Of a stretch of 64,000 nucleotides of DNA, positions 36,996-45,947 are shown piece after piece. The notes below the pieces were generated by a model that ran no database searches, was not told the DNA's origin, and worked only from the letters and a program-made list of their open reading frames with translations. The DNA lies in NCBI GenBank assembly GCA_035711865.1, contig DASTBT010000004.1, positions 6,439 to 70,438 on the forward strand, given 5' to 3'. Both the position numbers and the translations under genes were made by a program. Origin of the DNA: Actinomycetota bacterium. GTDB lineage: Bacteria; Actinomycetota; UBA4738; HRBIN12. Positions within the stretch are counted from its first letter, which is position 1. Every line of letters starts with the position of its first letter.

Positions 36996-38272
36996 GCGAG
37001 GAGTTCGTGCTCCTCGGCATCCCGGACGTCAACGGCTCGATGCGTGGCAAGGCGCTGCGGCCACAGGCGTTCGAGTCGGCGCTGCGCCACGGAACCGTGA
37101 TGACGGACCTGATCCTCGGACTCGATCCCACCGACACGCCGATCACGGACTACGAGTCCTTCGGCATCCGGACGGGCGCGGCCGACCTGATCGTCCACCC
37201 CGACCCCGAGACGCTGCGCGACTGCTCGTGGCGGCCGGGCTGGCGCGTCTGTCTCGCCACCCCTCGTTGGCCCGACGGATCGCCGTGTGACCTCGCCTCA
37301 CGGGAGGTCTTCCGCAAGGTGATCGACGATCTCGCCGGACTGGATCTGGAGGTGACCTCGGCCGTCGAGTACGAGATCAGGGTCTGGGACCCGGCGGGCG
37401 AACCGATGTCCAGCGGCATCAGCTACAGCCTGAACGAGGTCGGGAACTACGACCGATTCCTCGACGAGCTCGTCGAGGCGATCGACGGTCTGGGGATCGA
37501 TCTGTCGGCGGTGCACACAGAGGCCGGACCCGGGCTATTGGAGCTCAATCTCGCCCCCGCGCGCGGGCTCGGCGCGGCCGATGGCGCGGCGCTCGTGAAA
37601 CTCGCCGTCAAGCGGGTTGCGGCAACGTTCGGGATGCGGGCGAGCTTCCTCGCGAAGACGGTCCCCGGTGAGGAGGGCTCGAGCGGCCACATCCACATGT
37701 CGTGCTGGCAGGGCGAGCGGAACATCTTCGCCGCCGACGATGCGGCGGGACCACTTCCGGAGGTCTTCGCGGCGGCGGTCGCCGGCGTGCTGGAGCACCT
37801 GCCAGCCGCATCGCTGCCGATGAACCCGACGATCAACTCGTACAAGCGCCTCGTGCCCGGCTGGTTCGCGCCGATCAACGCGACCTGGGGCTACGAGAAC
37901 CGATCCTGCGCGGTGCGCGTGGTGCGCTCCGAGCGACCGGAGCTCTGGCGGTTCGAATGTCGCCGCCCAGGAGCCGACGCGAATCCCTACCTCGCGCTCG
38001 CCGCGCTCACCGCCTGCATGGTCGACGGCATCCGGCGGTCCGCATCGCCACCCCCGCCCGTCGAGGGCGACGCGTACGCCCTCACCGGGGTGCCGGAGCT
38101 GCCGGGGTCGCTCGAGTCCGCGTTGCGGGCGTTCGGCGACGACCCGGTCGTGCGCAACGCGTTGGGACCCGGCTTCTGCGACTACTACGCCACCTCGCGC
38201 CGATGGGAGCTGAAGGCGTGGCGTGACACCGTGACCGACTGGGAGCGCGAGCGCTACGAACGAGCCGTCTGA
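36992..38272 (+). CDS. glutamine synthetase family protein (second GlnA-like paralogue)
   Basis: ATGA overlap with the aminotransferase stop. GS motifs (SSGHIHMSCW; NSYKRLVPGWFAP; ENRSCAVR). Confidence 0.8.
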   Translation: MSEEFVLLGIPDVNGSMRGKALRPQAFESALRHGTVMTDLILGLDPTDTPITDYESFGIRTGAADLIVHPDPETLRDCSWRPGWRVCLATPRWPDGSPCDLASREVFRKVIDDLAGLDLEVTSAVEYEIRVWDPAGEPMSSGISYSLNEVGNYDRFLDELVEAIDGLGIDLSAVHTEAGPGLLELNLAPARGLGAADGAALVKLAVKRVAATFGMRASFLAKTVPGEEGSSGHIHMSCWQGERNIFAADDAAGPLPEVFAAAVAGVLEHLPAASLPMNPTINSYKRLVPGWFAPINATWGYENRSCAVRVVRSERPELWRFECRRPGADANPYLALAALTACMVDGIRRSASPPPPVEGDAYALTGVPELPGSLESALRAFGDDPVVRNALGPGFCDYYATSRRWELKAWRDTVTDWERERYERAV

Positions 38273-38285
38273 CCAACGCCAGAGC

Positions 38286-38738
38286 TCAGGCACCGGATAC
38301 CCGTGAATCCACGAGTACGACGTCGGTCCCCTCCTGGACGATCTCGTCACGTTGGTTGAGCACACGGACCGACGTCGTCACGATCCCCCGATCGGGATCG
38401 CTGCGCGACGGCCTCGAGCAGGTAACCGTCGACACGGTGCGGATCGCGTCGCCGGCGTAGACGGGCGCCACGAATCTCCGTGTCGCCTCGAGGTAGATGC
38501 CGAGCGCCCACTCGTCGGCGGGGGAATGCTGTCCGCTCGAGATCGACGTGACGAGCAGGCCGTGTGCGATGGGGGCGACATAGGGAGACCGGTCGCCGAC
38601 GGCGGCAGCATCTGTATGGAGCGGGTTGCGGTCGCCCGTCAGCTCGCAGAACCCCTCGATGTCGGCAGCCGTGATCGTTCGGGCCTCGCTCACGATCTCG
38701 AGCCCGATCGCGATGTCGTTGAGGTAGATCCGTCCCAC
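38286..38738 (-). CDS. MaoC-like (R)-specific enoyl-CoA hydratase / hot-dog fold protein
   Basis: TAADIEGFCELTGDRNPLHTD…APIAHGLL is the hot-dog dehydratase motif. Confidence 0.7.
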   Translation of the reverse strand: MGRIYLNDIAIGLEIVSEARTITAADIEGFCELTGDRNPLHTDAAAVGDRSPYVAPIAHGLLVTSISSGQHSPADEWALGIYLEATRRFVAPVYAGDAIRTVSTVTCSRPSRSDPDRGIVTTSVRVLNQRDEIVQEGTDVVLVDSRVSGA

Positions 38739-38784
38739 ACCGCACCTCCTGCGGCTCGAGGGTAGCAACGGCTAGCATCGAGCC

Positions 38785-39555
38785 GTGAACATCGCGGTGC
38801 TCGTGAAGTGGGTGCCCGAGCCGCAGGGGACACCCACCCTCGGCCCGGACCATCTGCTCGTGCGCGAGGGAGCCGACGGCGCCCTCGACCCCGGGGACGA
38901 GTACGGGCTCGAACGAGCCCTGCAGCTCGTCGAACGTGACGGCGGCGAGGTCACGGTGGTCTCGATGGGCCCGGAGGTGGCCGTCGCCGCGGTCCAGCGT
39001 GGCCTGGCGATGGGAGCTGACCGGGGAGTGCTCGTGACCGACGACACCGTGCGCGGCGCCGACGCCCTCGTCACCGCCCGCGTGCTGGCCGCGGCGATCC
39101 GCCCGATCGGTGTGGACCTCGTCGTCGCGGCGGTCGAGTCGACCGACGGGTACACCGGCACCCTGCCGGTCACTGTCGCCGAGCTGCTCGCCCTGCCGAG
39201 CGTGACGTTCGCCACGTCGCTCGACATCGTCGACGGTTCACACGTGCGGGCCGAGCGGCAGACGGCCGCGGGCGCCGAGGTCGTGTCGAGCCCCTTGCCG
39301 GCGCTGGTCACGGTGACGACCGGCGTCGCGGAACCCCGCTACCCGAGTCTCAAGGGCGTGATGGCCGCGAAGACCAAGCCCCTCGACCGGCCCTCCCTCG
39401 CCGGTCTCGGGCTGGCTGCGGACGACGTGAGGCCGTCGCAGACCGTCGCCTCGGTCGAGGCCGCGCCGCTGAAAGCGGGCGGCCGCGTGATCGAGGCCGG
39501 GCCGGAGACGGCCGCCGAGATCGCCGACTTGCTCGCCGAGGCTCGGGTGATCTGA
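38785..39555 (+). CDS. etfB: electron transfer flavoprotein beta subunit
   Basis: MNIAVLVKWVPEP … typical EtfB/FixA N-terminus and length. Confidence 0.85.
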   Translation: MNIAVLVKWVPEPQGTPTLGPDHLLVREGADGALDPGDEYGLERALQLVERDGGEVTVVSMGPEVAVAAVQRGLAMGADRGVLVTDDTVRGADALVTARVLAAAIRPIGVDLVVAAVESTDGYTGTLPVTVAELLALPSVTFATSLDIVDGSHVRAERQTAAGAEVVSSPLPALVTVTTGVAEPRYPSLKGVMAAKTKPLDRPSLAGLGLAADDVRPSQTVASVEAAPLKAGGRVIEAGPETAAEIADLLAEARVI

Positions 39556-39556
39556 G

Positions 39557-40522
39557 GTGCCGGGTGTGTGGATCTGGGCCGACGTCTCGCCCGAAGGGGT
39601 CGCGTCGTCCGCGCTCGAGCTGCTCACGAAGGCACGGGCCATCGGGAACGACGTCGGCGCGGTGGCGCTCGGTTCCGGTGCGTCCGGAGCTGTGGATCAG
39701 CTCGGCGAGCACGGAGCGGCCCGCGTGTACACCTCCGACGACCAACGCCTCGCCGAGCCGACCTCGCGGGTCGCCGCACACACCCTCGCTGCGCTCGTGG
39801 CCGAACACTCCCCCGGCGTCGTGCTGTTCCCGTCCTCCTACCGAGGGCGCGACGTCGCCGGGCGCCTGCAGGCGATCACCGCCTCCACCCTCATGGCCAA
39901 CGCCGTGGACCTGCCGTCGATCGATCGCGCGCGTGCCGAGATCCTGGGCGGCACCACGATCGTGGAGGTCGATTTGGCCGGCCCGGCGCCCCATCTCGTG
40001 CTGATGCGGCCGCGATCGTTCGAGCCCGAGGCGGTCGGCGGCACGGCGGACGTCGTCCCGGTCGACGTCGTCGAGCCTCCAGGCGGCGCCGCGGTCGTGC
40101 AGGTGCTGGAACGGACCGAGGCGGCCTCCGACGGACCGACCCTCGAGGGCGCGAAGGTGGTGCTGGCGGGCGGCCGTGGCCTCGGCGGGCCGGACGGCTT
40201 CCGGCTCCTCCAGGAGCTCGGCGACGCGATCGGCGACACGGCGATCGGCGCGTCGCGCGCCGCGGTCGACGCCGGGTGGGTGCCTTATGCGATGCAGATC
40301 GGGCAGACGGGCTCCACGGTCAAACCCGAGGTCTATCTCGCCGCGGGCATCAGCGGCGCGTTGCAGCACGCGGTCGGCATGAAGGGCTCGCGGCGCATCG
40401 TCGCGATCACGAAGGATCCCGAGGCGCCGATCCTCCAGCTGGCCGACCTGGGTGTGGTCGGCGACCTCTTCCAGGTGCTGCCGGCGCTCACCGAGGAGGT
40501 ACGCCGACGGACCGGGCGCTGA
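39557..40522 (+). CDS. etfA: electron transfer flavoprotein alpha subunit
   Basis: FAD-binding C-terminal domain (AIGASRAAVDAGWVPYAMQIGQTGSTVKPEVYLAAGISGALQH). GTG start 1 nt after the etfB stop. Confidence 0.85.
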   Translation: MPGVWIWADVSPEGVASSALELLTKARAIGNDVGAVALGSGASGAVDQLGEHGAARVYTSDDQRLAEPTSRVAAHTLAALVAEHSPGVVLFPSSYRGRDVAGRLQAITASTLMANAVDLPSIDRARAEILGGTTIVEVDLAGPAPHLVLMRPRSFEPEAVGGTADVVPVDVVEPPGGAAVVQVLERTEAASDGPTLEGAKVVLAGGRGLGGPDGFRLLQELGDAIGDTAIGASRAAVDAGWVPYAMQIGQTGSTVKPEVYLAAGISGALQHAVGMKGSRRIVAITKDPEAPILQLADLGVVGDLFQVLPALTEEVRRRTGR

Positions 40523-40553
40523 GCGCGGCGCTGCTGGCCGTCGTCGTCGCGGT

Positions 40554-42483
40554 GGCGGTGGCTCTGGCCTGGCGTCGGGCGTCCCCGCGGATCGCGACGC
40601 TCCGTGCCGCCCGGCCCGACGACCCGGAGCGCGGCGGACCCATCACCGAGCGCGCGGCGCGCGAGCTCGTCGAGGTCGTCGGCCAGCGGAAGCTCTTCCA
40701 GCGGCTCGTGCCCGGCATGATGCACGCCGCGATCTTCTGGGGGTTCGTCGTGTTGCTCCCCACGATCGCCGAGGCCGCCATCGCGGTCGTGGACCGCGGC
40801 GCGCACCTGCCCCTGATCGGCGACACGACGTGGTTCGCCTGGCTCGTCGACCTCGTCGCGGTTGCGGTGCTCGCCGGCGTCATCATCGCGATCTCGATCA
40901 GGAAGGTGCAGCGCCCCGACCGCTTCCGCGGCTCACACCTCGAGGAAGCCGACCGCATCCTGCTGATGATCACGGCGATCGTGGTCTCCCTACTGCTCTG
41001 GCAGGCGACGCGCATCGCCCTGGAGCTCACCGACGCCGAGGGCCCGGTCTCCGGATGGATCGCGGGCTTCCTCGACGGAGCGTCGATCGGCACGCTCGAG
41101 GCCGCCGAACGGGTGCTCGTGTGGGCCCACCTGCTGCTCGTGCTGGCGTTCCTCGTCTACCTGCCGGGATCGAAGCACCTGCACATCGTCACCGCGGCGC
41201 CGAACGTGTGGCTCCGGAAGTCGGGGCCCGGCGGCAGGCTGGAGCCGCTGCGCATCGACCTCGAAGCGCCCGAGGAGGACCTGCGACTGGGGGCGGCGGT
41301 CGCAACCGATCTGACCAGGAAGCAGACCCTCGATCTGTTCTCGTGCACGGAGTGCGGTCGCTGCCAGGACGTCTGCCCGGCGTGGGCGACGGGGAAGCCG
41401 CTCAGCCCCAAGCTGCTGGTCATGGACCTGCGCGACCACGTCGCCGGCACGGCACGGCCGGCGGGTGAGGTCGAGCTGCAACCGCTCGTGCCGAACGCGG
41501 TGACCGACGAGGTCGTGTGGGACTGCGTGACGTGCGGGGCGTGCGTACGTGAGTGCCCGGTCGACATCGAGCACGTCGACACGATCGTGGACCTTCGCCG
41601 CAACCTCGTCATGGCCGAGTCGCGCTTCCCGAGCGAAGCGGGAGCGCTCCTCCGAGGGGTGGAAGGCCCCGGCGAGAATCCATGGGGCCAGCCGGCGAGC
41701 GCCCGTATGGACTGGGCCGACGGGCTCGACGTACGCGTGCTCGCACCCGGCGATGCCGCGCCCGACGTGCTGTTCTGGGTCGGGTGCGCCGGCGCGTTCG
41801 ACGAACGGGCCCGGGAGGCGACCCGGTCGACCGTTCGCCTGCTGCAAGCAGCCGGGATCGACGTCGCCGTGCTCGGTCAGCGCGAGTCGTGCACTGGCGA
41901 TCCCGCGCGTCGCATGGGGCACGAGTTCCTGTTCCAGACGCTCGCCGAACGCAACGTCTCGACCCTGAACGACGCGGGGGTGACCACGATCGTCGCGAGC
42001 TGCGCTCACTGCTTCAACACCCTCGCGAACGAGTATCCCGACTACGGCGGCACGTACGAGGTCGTGCACCATTCGGAGTTCCTCGCCCGGCTGGTACGGG
42101 AGGGCGGCCTGCACCCCTCACGCGACTCGGTCGCGGTGACCTACCACGACGCGTGCTACCTCGGCCGGCACAACGGGAACTACGACTCACCGCGCGACGT
42201 GCTCCGTGCGACGACCGGCCAGATCGAAGAGATGCCACGCAGCCGCGAGCGATCGTTCTGCTGCGGCGCCGGCGGGGCACGGTTCTGGATGGAGGAGGGC
42301 GGCGACGCCCGCATCAACGACACGCGTTATGCGGAAGCCGCGTCGACCGGCGCCGATGTCGTCGCCACAGCGTGCCCGTTCTGCCTCGTGATGCTCGACG
42401 ACGCCTCCGGCGCGGCCGCAGAAGGTCCCGAGGTCGCCGACGTGGCAACGCTGCTCGCTCGATCGACGCTGCCGGACGGATGA
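40554..42483 (+). CDS. membrane-anchored (Fe-S)-binding oxidoreductase, EtfD-like (HdrD/GlpC-type CCG domains)
   Basis: Five N-terminal TM helices. Two 4Fe-4S motifs (CTECGRCQDVCP; CVTCGACVRECP). Two Cys-rich CCG domains (VGCAGAF…; FCCGAGG). The exact start is uncertain: candidates are GTG 40554/40560, or ATG 40718 for a shorter form. Confidence 0.7.
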
Positions 42484-42570
42484 ACCGGCCCGCCGAGGCG
42501 GTGGCTCAGGACCTCGGTGGCTCAGGGACGAAGGAGGCGGTCGTGCGCGTGGCCGGGCGGGAACGTGCGC

Positions 42571-43743
42571 TCACACGAACGCGCGGTGGCCGGTGAGCAG
42601 ACCGCCGATCACGAGGGTGTGCACCTCTTCGGTGCCCTCGTAGGTGATCACCGACTCGAGGTTCGTCATGTGGCGCATGATCGGGTACTCGAGCGTGATG
42701 CCGTTCGCGCCGAGGATGCCGCGGGCGGTGCGCGCGACCTCGATCGCCTCACGCGTGTTGTTGAGCTTGCCGATCGAGACGTGCTCGGGTCGCAGGCGCC
42801 CCTGTTCCTTCATGCGCCCCAGGTGGTACGCGAGCAGCGTGCCCTTCTCGATCTCGAGCGCCATGTCGGTGAGCTTCTTCTGAGTGAGCTGGAATGCTCC
42901 GATCGGCTTCCCGAACTGCACCCGCTCCTTCGAGTAGTTCAGGGCGGTCTCGAAACAGGCCCGGGCCGCACCCATCACGCCCCAGACGATGCCGAACCGA
43001 GCCTCGTTCAGGCACGAGAGCGGTCCCTTGAGCCCCTCGACGCCCGGCAACACCGCATGCGCAGGCAGACGCACATCGTCCATCACGAGCTCCGACGTCA
43101 CGCTCGCACGCAACGACATCTTCTTGTGGATGTCGGGAGCGCTGAACCCAGGAGAGTCGCACGGCACGGCGAAGCCTCGCACGCCGTCGTCGGTGTTGGC
43201 CCAGACGATCGCCACGTCGCTCACGCTGCCGTTCGTGATCCACATCTTCGTGCCGGAGAGCACCCAGTCGTCGCCGTCGCGCCGGGCGAACGTGCGCATC
43301 GATCCCGGGTCGCTCCCCGAGTCGGGCTCGCTGAGGCCGAAGCACCCGATCGCATCGCCTGACGTCAGCCGGGGCAGCCACTCGTCACGCTGCCGGTCGC
43401 TGCCGAACGTGTGGATCGCGTACATCGCCAGCGCACTCGTTACCGAGACGAACGATCGAAGGCCGGAGTCGCCGGCCTCCAGCTCCAGCTCGACGAGGCC
43501 GTAGGCCACGGCGTCGAGGCCGAGCATGCCTTCGCCCTTCAGCTGCATACCGAGGAACCCCATCTCCCCGAGCTCTTTCGCGAGCTCGCGCGCCGGGAAC
43601 TCCCCCGCCTCGTACCAGTCCTCGACCTCGGGCAGGATGCGGCCGCGCACCCATTCCCGGGCCGTGTCGCGGACGGCGCGCTCGTCGTCGGTGAGCAGGT
43701 GATCGATCTCGAGCAGGTCGTGTGGGTCGATCGAGACGCTCAT
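42571..43743 (-). CDS. acyl-CoA dehydrogenase (glutaryl-CoA dehydrogenase-like)
   Basis: 390 aa. GCFGLSEPDSGSD; YEGT near the C-terminus. Convergent with the EtfD-like gene. Confidence 0.85.
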   Translation of the reverse strand: MSVSIDPHDLLEIDHLLTDDERAVRDTAREWVRGRILPEVEDWYEAGEFPARELAKELGEMGFLGMQLKGEGMLGLDAVAYGLVELELEAGDSGLRSFVSVTSALAMYAIHTFGSDRQRDEWLPRLTSGDAIGCFGLSEPDSGSDPGSMRTFARRDGDDWVLSGTKMWITNGSVSDVAIVWANTDDGVRGFAVPCDSPGFSAPDIHKKMSLRASVTSELVMDDVRLPAHAVLPGVEGLKGPLSCLNEARFGIVWGVMGAARACFETALNYSKERVQFGKPIGAFQLTQKKLTDMALEIEKGTLLAYHLGRMKEQGRLRPEHVSIGKLNNTREAIEVARTARGILGANGITLEYPIMRHMTNLESVITYEGTEEVHTLVIGGLLTGHRAFV

Positions 43744-43768
43744 GGGCCGACGGTAGCACCTACACTCG

Positions 43769-43969
43769 ATGGCCATGGGCCACATCCTGCTCGTGCGATG
43801 CGACGCGGGCGAAACCTTCGGCGTCGCGCCGTCGGCGCTCGAGTCGGCCGGCGCATCGACCGTGATCTGGGAGGCCGCGGAGGGAGAACAGCGCCCGTCC
43901 CTCGAACACGAGTCGAAGGGACGCGCCGTTTTCACTCGGTTCGCGGGGCTCGCCGCGTCGGCGCCGTGA
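43769..43969 (+). pseudogene. N-terminal fragment (66 codons) of a class I glutamine amidotransferase paralogue
   Basis: MAMGHILLVRCDAGETFGVAPSALESAG… parallels MRPVILIGHADYETFGVAPETFRDAD… of the gene at 32544. It ends at a stop before any catalytic Cys. Confidence 0.4.
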
Positions 43970-43983
43970 CGAGCGGTTCGAGC

Positions 43984-44754
43984 GTGCACGGCTCACACCG
44001 CCCGCTCGTGGTGGTCGTCGCCTACCACCTCGCGAACGACCGCGTCCCACGCTGGCCCGATGGCGGCTACGGCGTGCCCGCCCCCTACATCGAAGCGCTG
44101 CGGCGATCGGGCGCCCGAACCGCGATCGTCTCGCCGGGCGAGCCCGGTCCCCCCGAGCTGGTACTCGAACGCTACGACGGCCTGCTGCTGGTCGGCGGGG
44201 GCGACGTCGACCCCGCGCGGTACGGAGCGAAGCCCGACCGGGAGCACAACTACGGGGTCGAGACCGACCGCGACGCGTTCGAGATCGACCTGCTCCTGGC
44301 CGCCGAGCGTCTGCGGATCCCGGCTCTCTGCATCTGTCGGGGCATGCAGGTGATGAACGTCGCCTACGGCGGCACGCTGCACCAGCACCTCCCGGACCTA
44401 CCGGGCCTGCTCGAGCACGGTGTGCCGATCGAAGGGACCGAGACCCTGCACCCGGTGACCCCCGATCCGGACTCGTGCCTCGCGGCGGCGACCAAGACGA
44501 GCGAGCTCGTGTGCACGTCACATCATCACCAGGGCATCGACCGTGTGGCGGATCGCCTCCGGATCTCGGGCCGCAGCCCCGACGGGCTCGTCGAGGCGAT
44601 CGAGCTCGATGCGGCTCCGACCACCGATCCGAGCGCGGCACCGTGGGTCGTCGGCGTGCAATGGCATCCCGAGGAAACCGCCCACGAGGACCCCGCACAA
44701 CAGTCCCTGTTCGACGCGCTCGTGCTTCTGGCAGGGAACGGGTCTCCTCGATGA
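43984..44754 (+). CDS. gamma-glutamyl-GABA hydrolase-like peptidase C26 (PuuD family GATase1)
   Basis: ICRGMQVMNVAYGGTL (nucleophile Cys) … VQWHPE. GTG start. Confidence 0.75.
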   Translation: MHGSHRPLVVVVAYHLANDRVPRWPDGGYGVPAPYIEALRRSGARTAIVSPGEPGPPELVLERYDGLLLVGGGDVDPARYGAKPDREHNYGVETDRDAFEIDLLLAAERLRIPALCICRGMQVMNVAYGGTLHQHLPDLPGLLEHGVPIEGTETLHPVTPDPDSCLAAATKTSELVCTSHHHQGIDRVADRLRISGRSPDGLVEAIELDAAPTTDPSAAPWVVGVQWHPEETAHEDPAQQSLFDALVLLAGNGSPR

Positions 44755-44915
44755 ACATCGGTCAGGGATCCGCAAGCCGAGGGGTAGCGCCGGGAGCCTA
44801 GCTCCTTCATAATCCGCGGCATCGTGGGAGAACAACCGGACGACACGCGCCTCGGCGCAGCTTCCCGAGATCGATCGTTCAGCCGACGGGCGCCCCACGG
44901 GGTGGCCGACGGCCG

Positions 44916-45887
44916 GTGACCCACATCGCGGCGACATCGTTCGGCGCCCCGCTGCCCCCCGGCGGCACGATCGGCGTCTGCTCGCCCAGCGGCCCCTTCT
45001 ACAACCGAAGCGACATCGAGCGCCCCGTGGAGTGGTGGCAGGATCGCGGCTTCCGGGTGCGGCTCAGCGACGGCGTCTGGGCCCAGGACGACTATGTTGC
45101 CGGCACACCCAGACAACGTGCGGCCGATCTCAACGCGTTGTTCGCGGACCCCGAGGTCGATGCGATCCAGGTGCTCTGGGGGGGCACCGGGGCGCTGCAG
45201 ATCCTCGAGCATCTCGATTTCGACGTGATCGGCGCCAACCCCAAGGCGCTGATGGGTTACTCCGACATCACGAACCTGCACGTCGCGATCCGGCAGCGCA
45301 CCGGCCTCGCAACGTTCCACGGGCCGGGGCTCGGCTCGATGGGCATCCCGGAACGCACGGCCTTCACCTGGGACTCGGCGCTCGATGCGCTCATGAAGGG
45401 GGGCGCGGGCGAAGTGCCCCGGGACCCGGACGACCCGTACGTGCGGGCCATCGCACCGGGCAGGGTCACCGCGCCCATCGTGGGGGGCAACCTCTTCACG
45501 TTGGTGCACCTGTTCGGCACGCCGTTCGAGCCGGAGTTCGACGGCGCCATCCTGTTCTTCGAGGAGGTACACGAGCCGACCTACATCATCGAGGTTCATC
45601 TCGAACAGCTCCGTTTGGCCGGCAAGTTCGACGGTATCGCCGGAGTGGTGATCGGGGAGATGAAGGACTGCGGGTGGAGCGAGCAGCGGCCCGAGACCCC
45701 GCGCGACCGCTCCCTCGAGGATGCGTTCGAGCGCCATCTGGCCGGGCTGGGCGTGCCCGTGCTCTACAAGCTCCCGCTGGGCCACGGGAAGCACCTGGCG
45801 TCGATCCCGTTGGGGGTCACCTCGACGCTGGACGCGGATGCCCGCGCACTCATGATCGACGAACCGGGGGTCAGGCCACGTGCGTAA
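44916..45887 (+). CDS. LD-carboxypeptidase (peptidase S66, LdcA/MccF-like)
   Basis: GYSDITNLH (Ser nucleophile); EEVHEPTYIIEVHLEQL; GHG near the C-terminus. Confidence 0.8.
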   Translation: MTHIAATSFGAPLPPGGTIGVCSPSGPFYNRSDIERPVEWWQDRGFRVRLSDGVWAQDDYVAGTPRQRAADLNALFADPEVDAIQVLWGGTGALQILEHLDFDVIGANPKALMGYSDITNLHVAIRQRTGLATFHGPGLGSMGIPERTAFTWDSALDALMKGGAGEVPRDPDDPYVRAIAPGRVTAPIVGGNLFTLVHLFGTPFEPEFDGAILFFEEVHEPTYIIEVHLEQLRLAGKFDGIAGVVIGEMKDCGWSEQRPETPRDRSLEDAFERHLAGLGVPVLYKLPLGHGKHLASIPLGVTSTLDADARALMIDEPGVRPRA

Positions 45888-45947
45888 CACTCAGCAAGAC
45901 CGGCCGGTACCGGCCGAGACCACGGCTGCACGACGAGGAGGCGCGGC

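Noticed and set aside
39568-40550. N-terminal 320 codons of the 971-aa ORF 39568-42483
   Set aside because: This portion overlaps etfA in another frame and is Arg/Gly/Pro-rich. The real EtfD-like gene begins only after the etfA stop, where TM helices and Fe-S motifs start.
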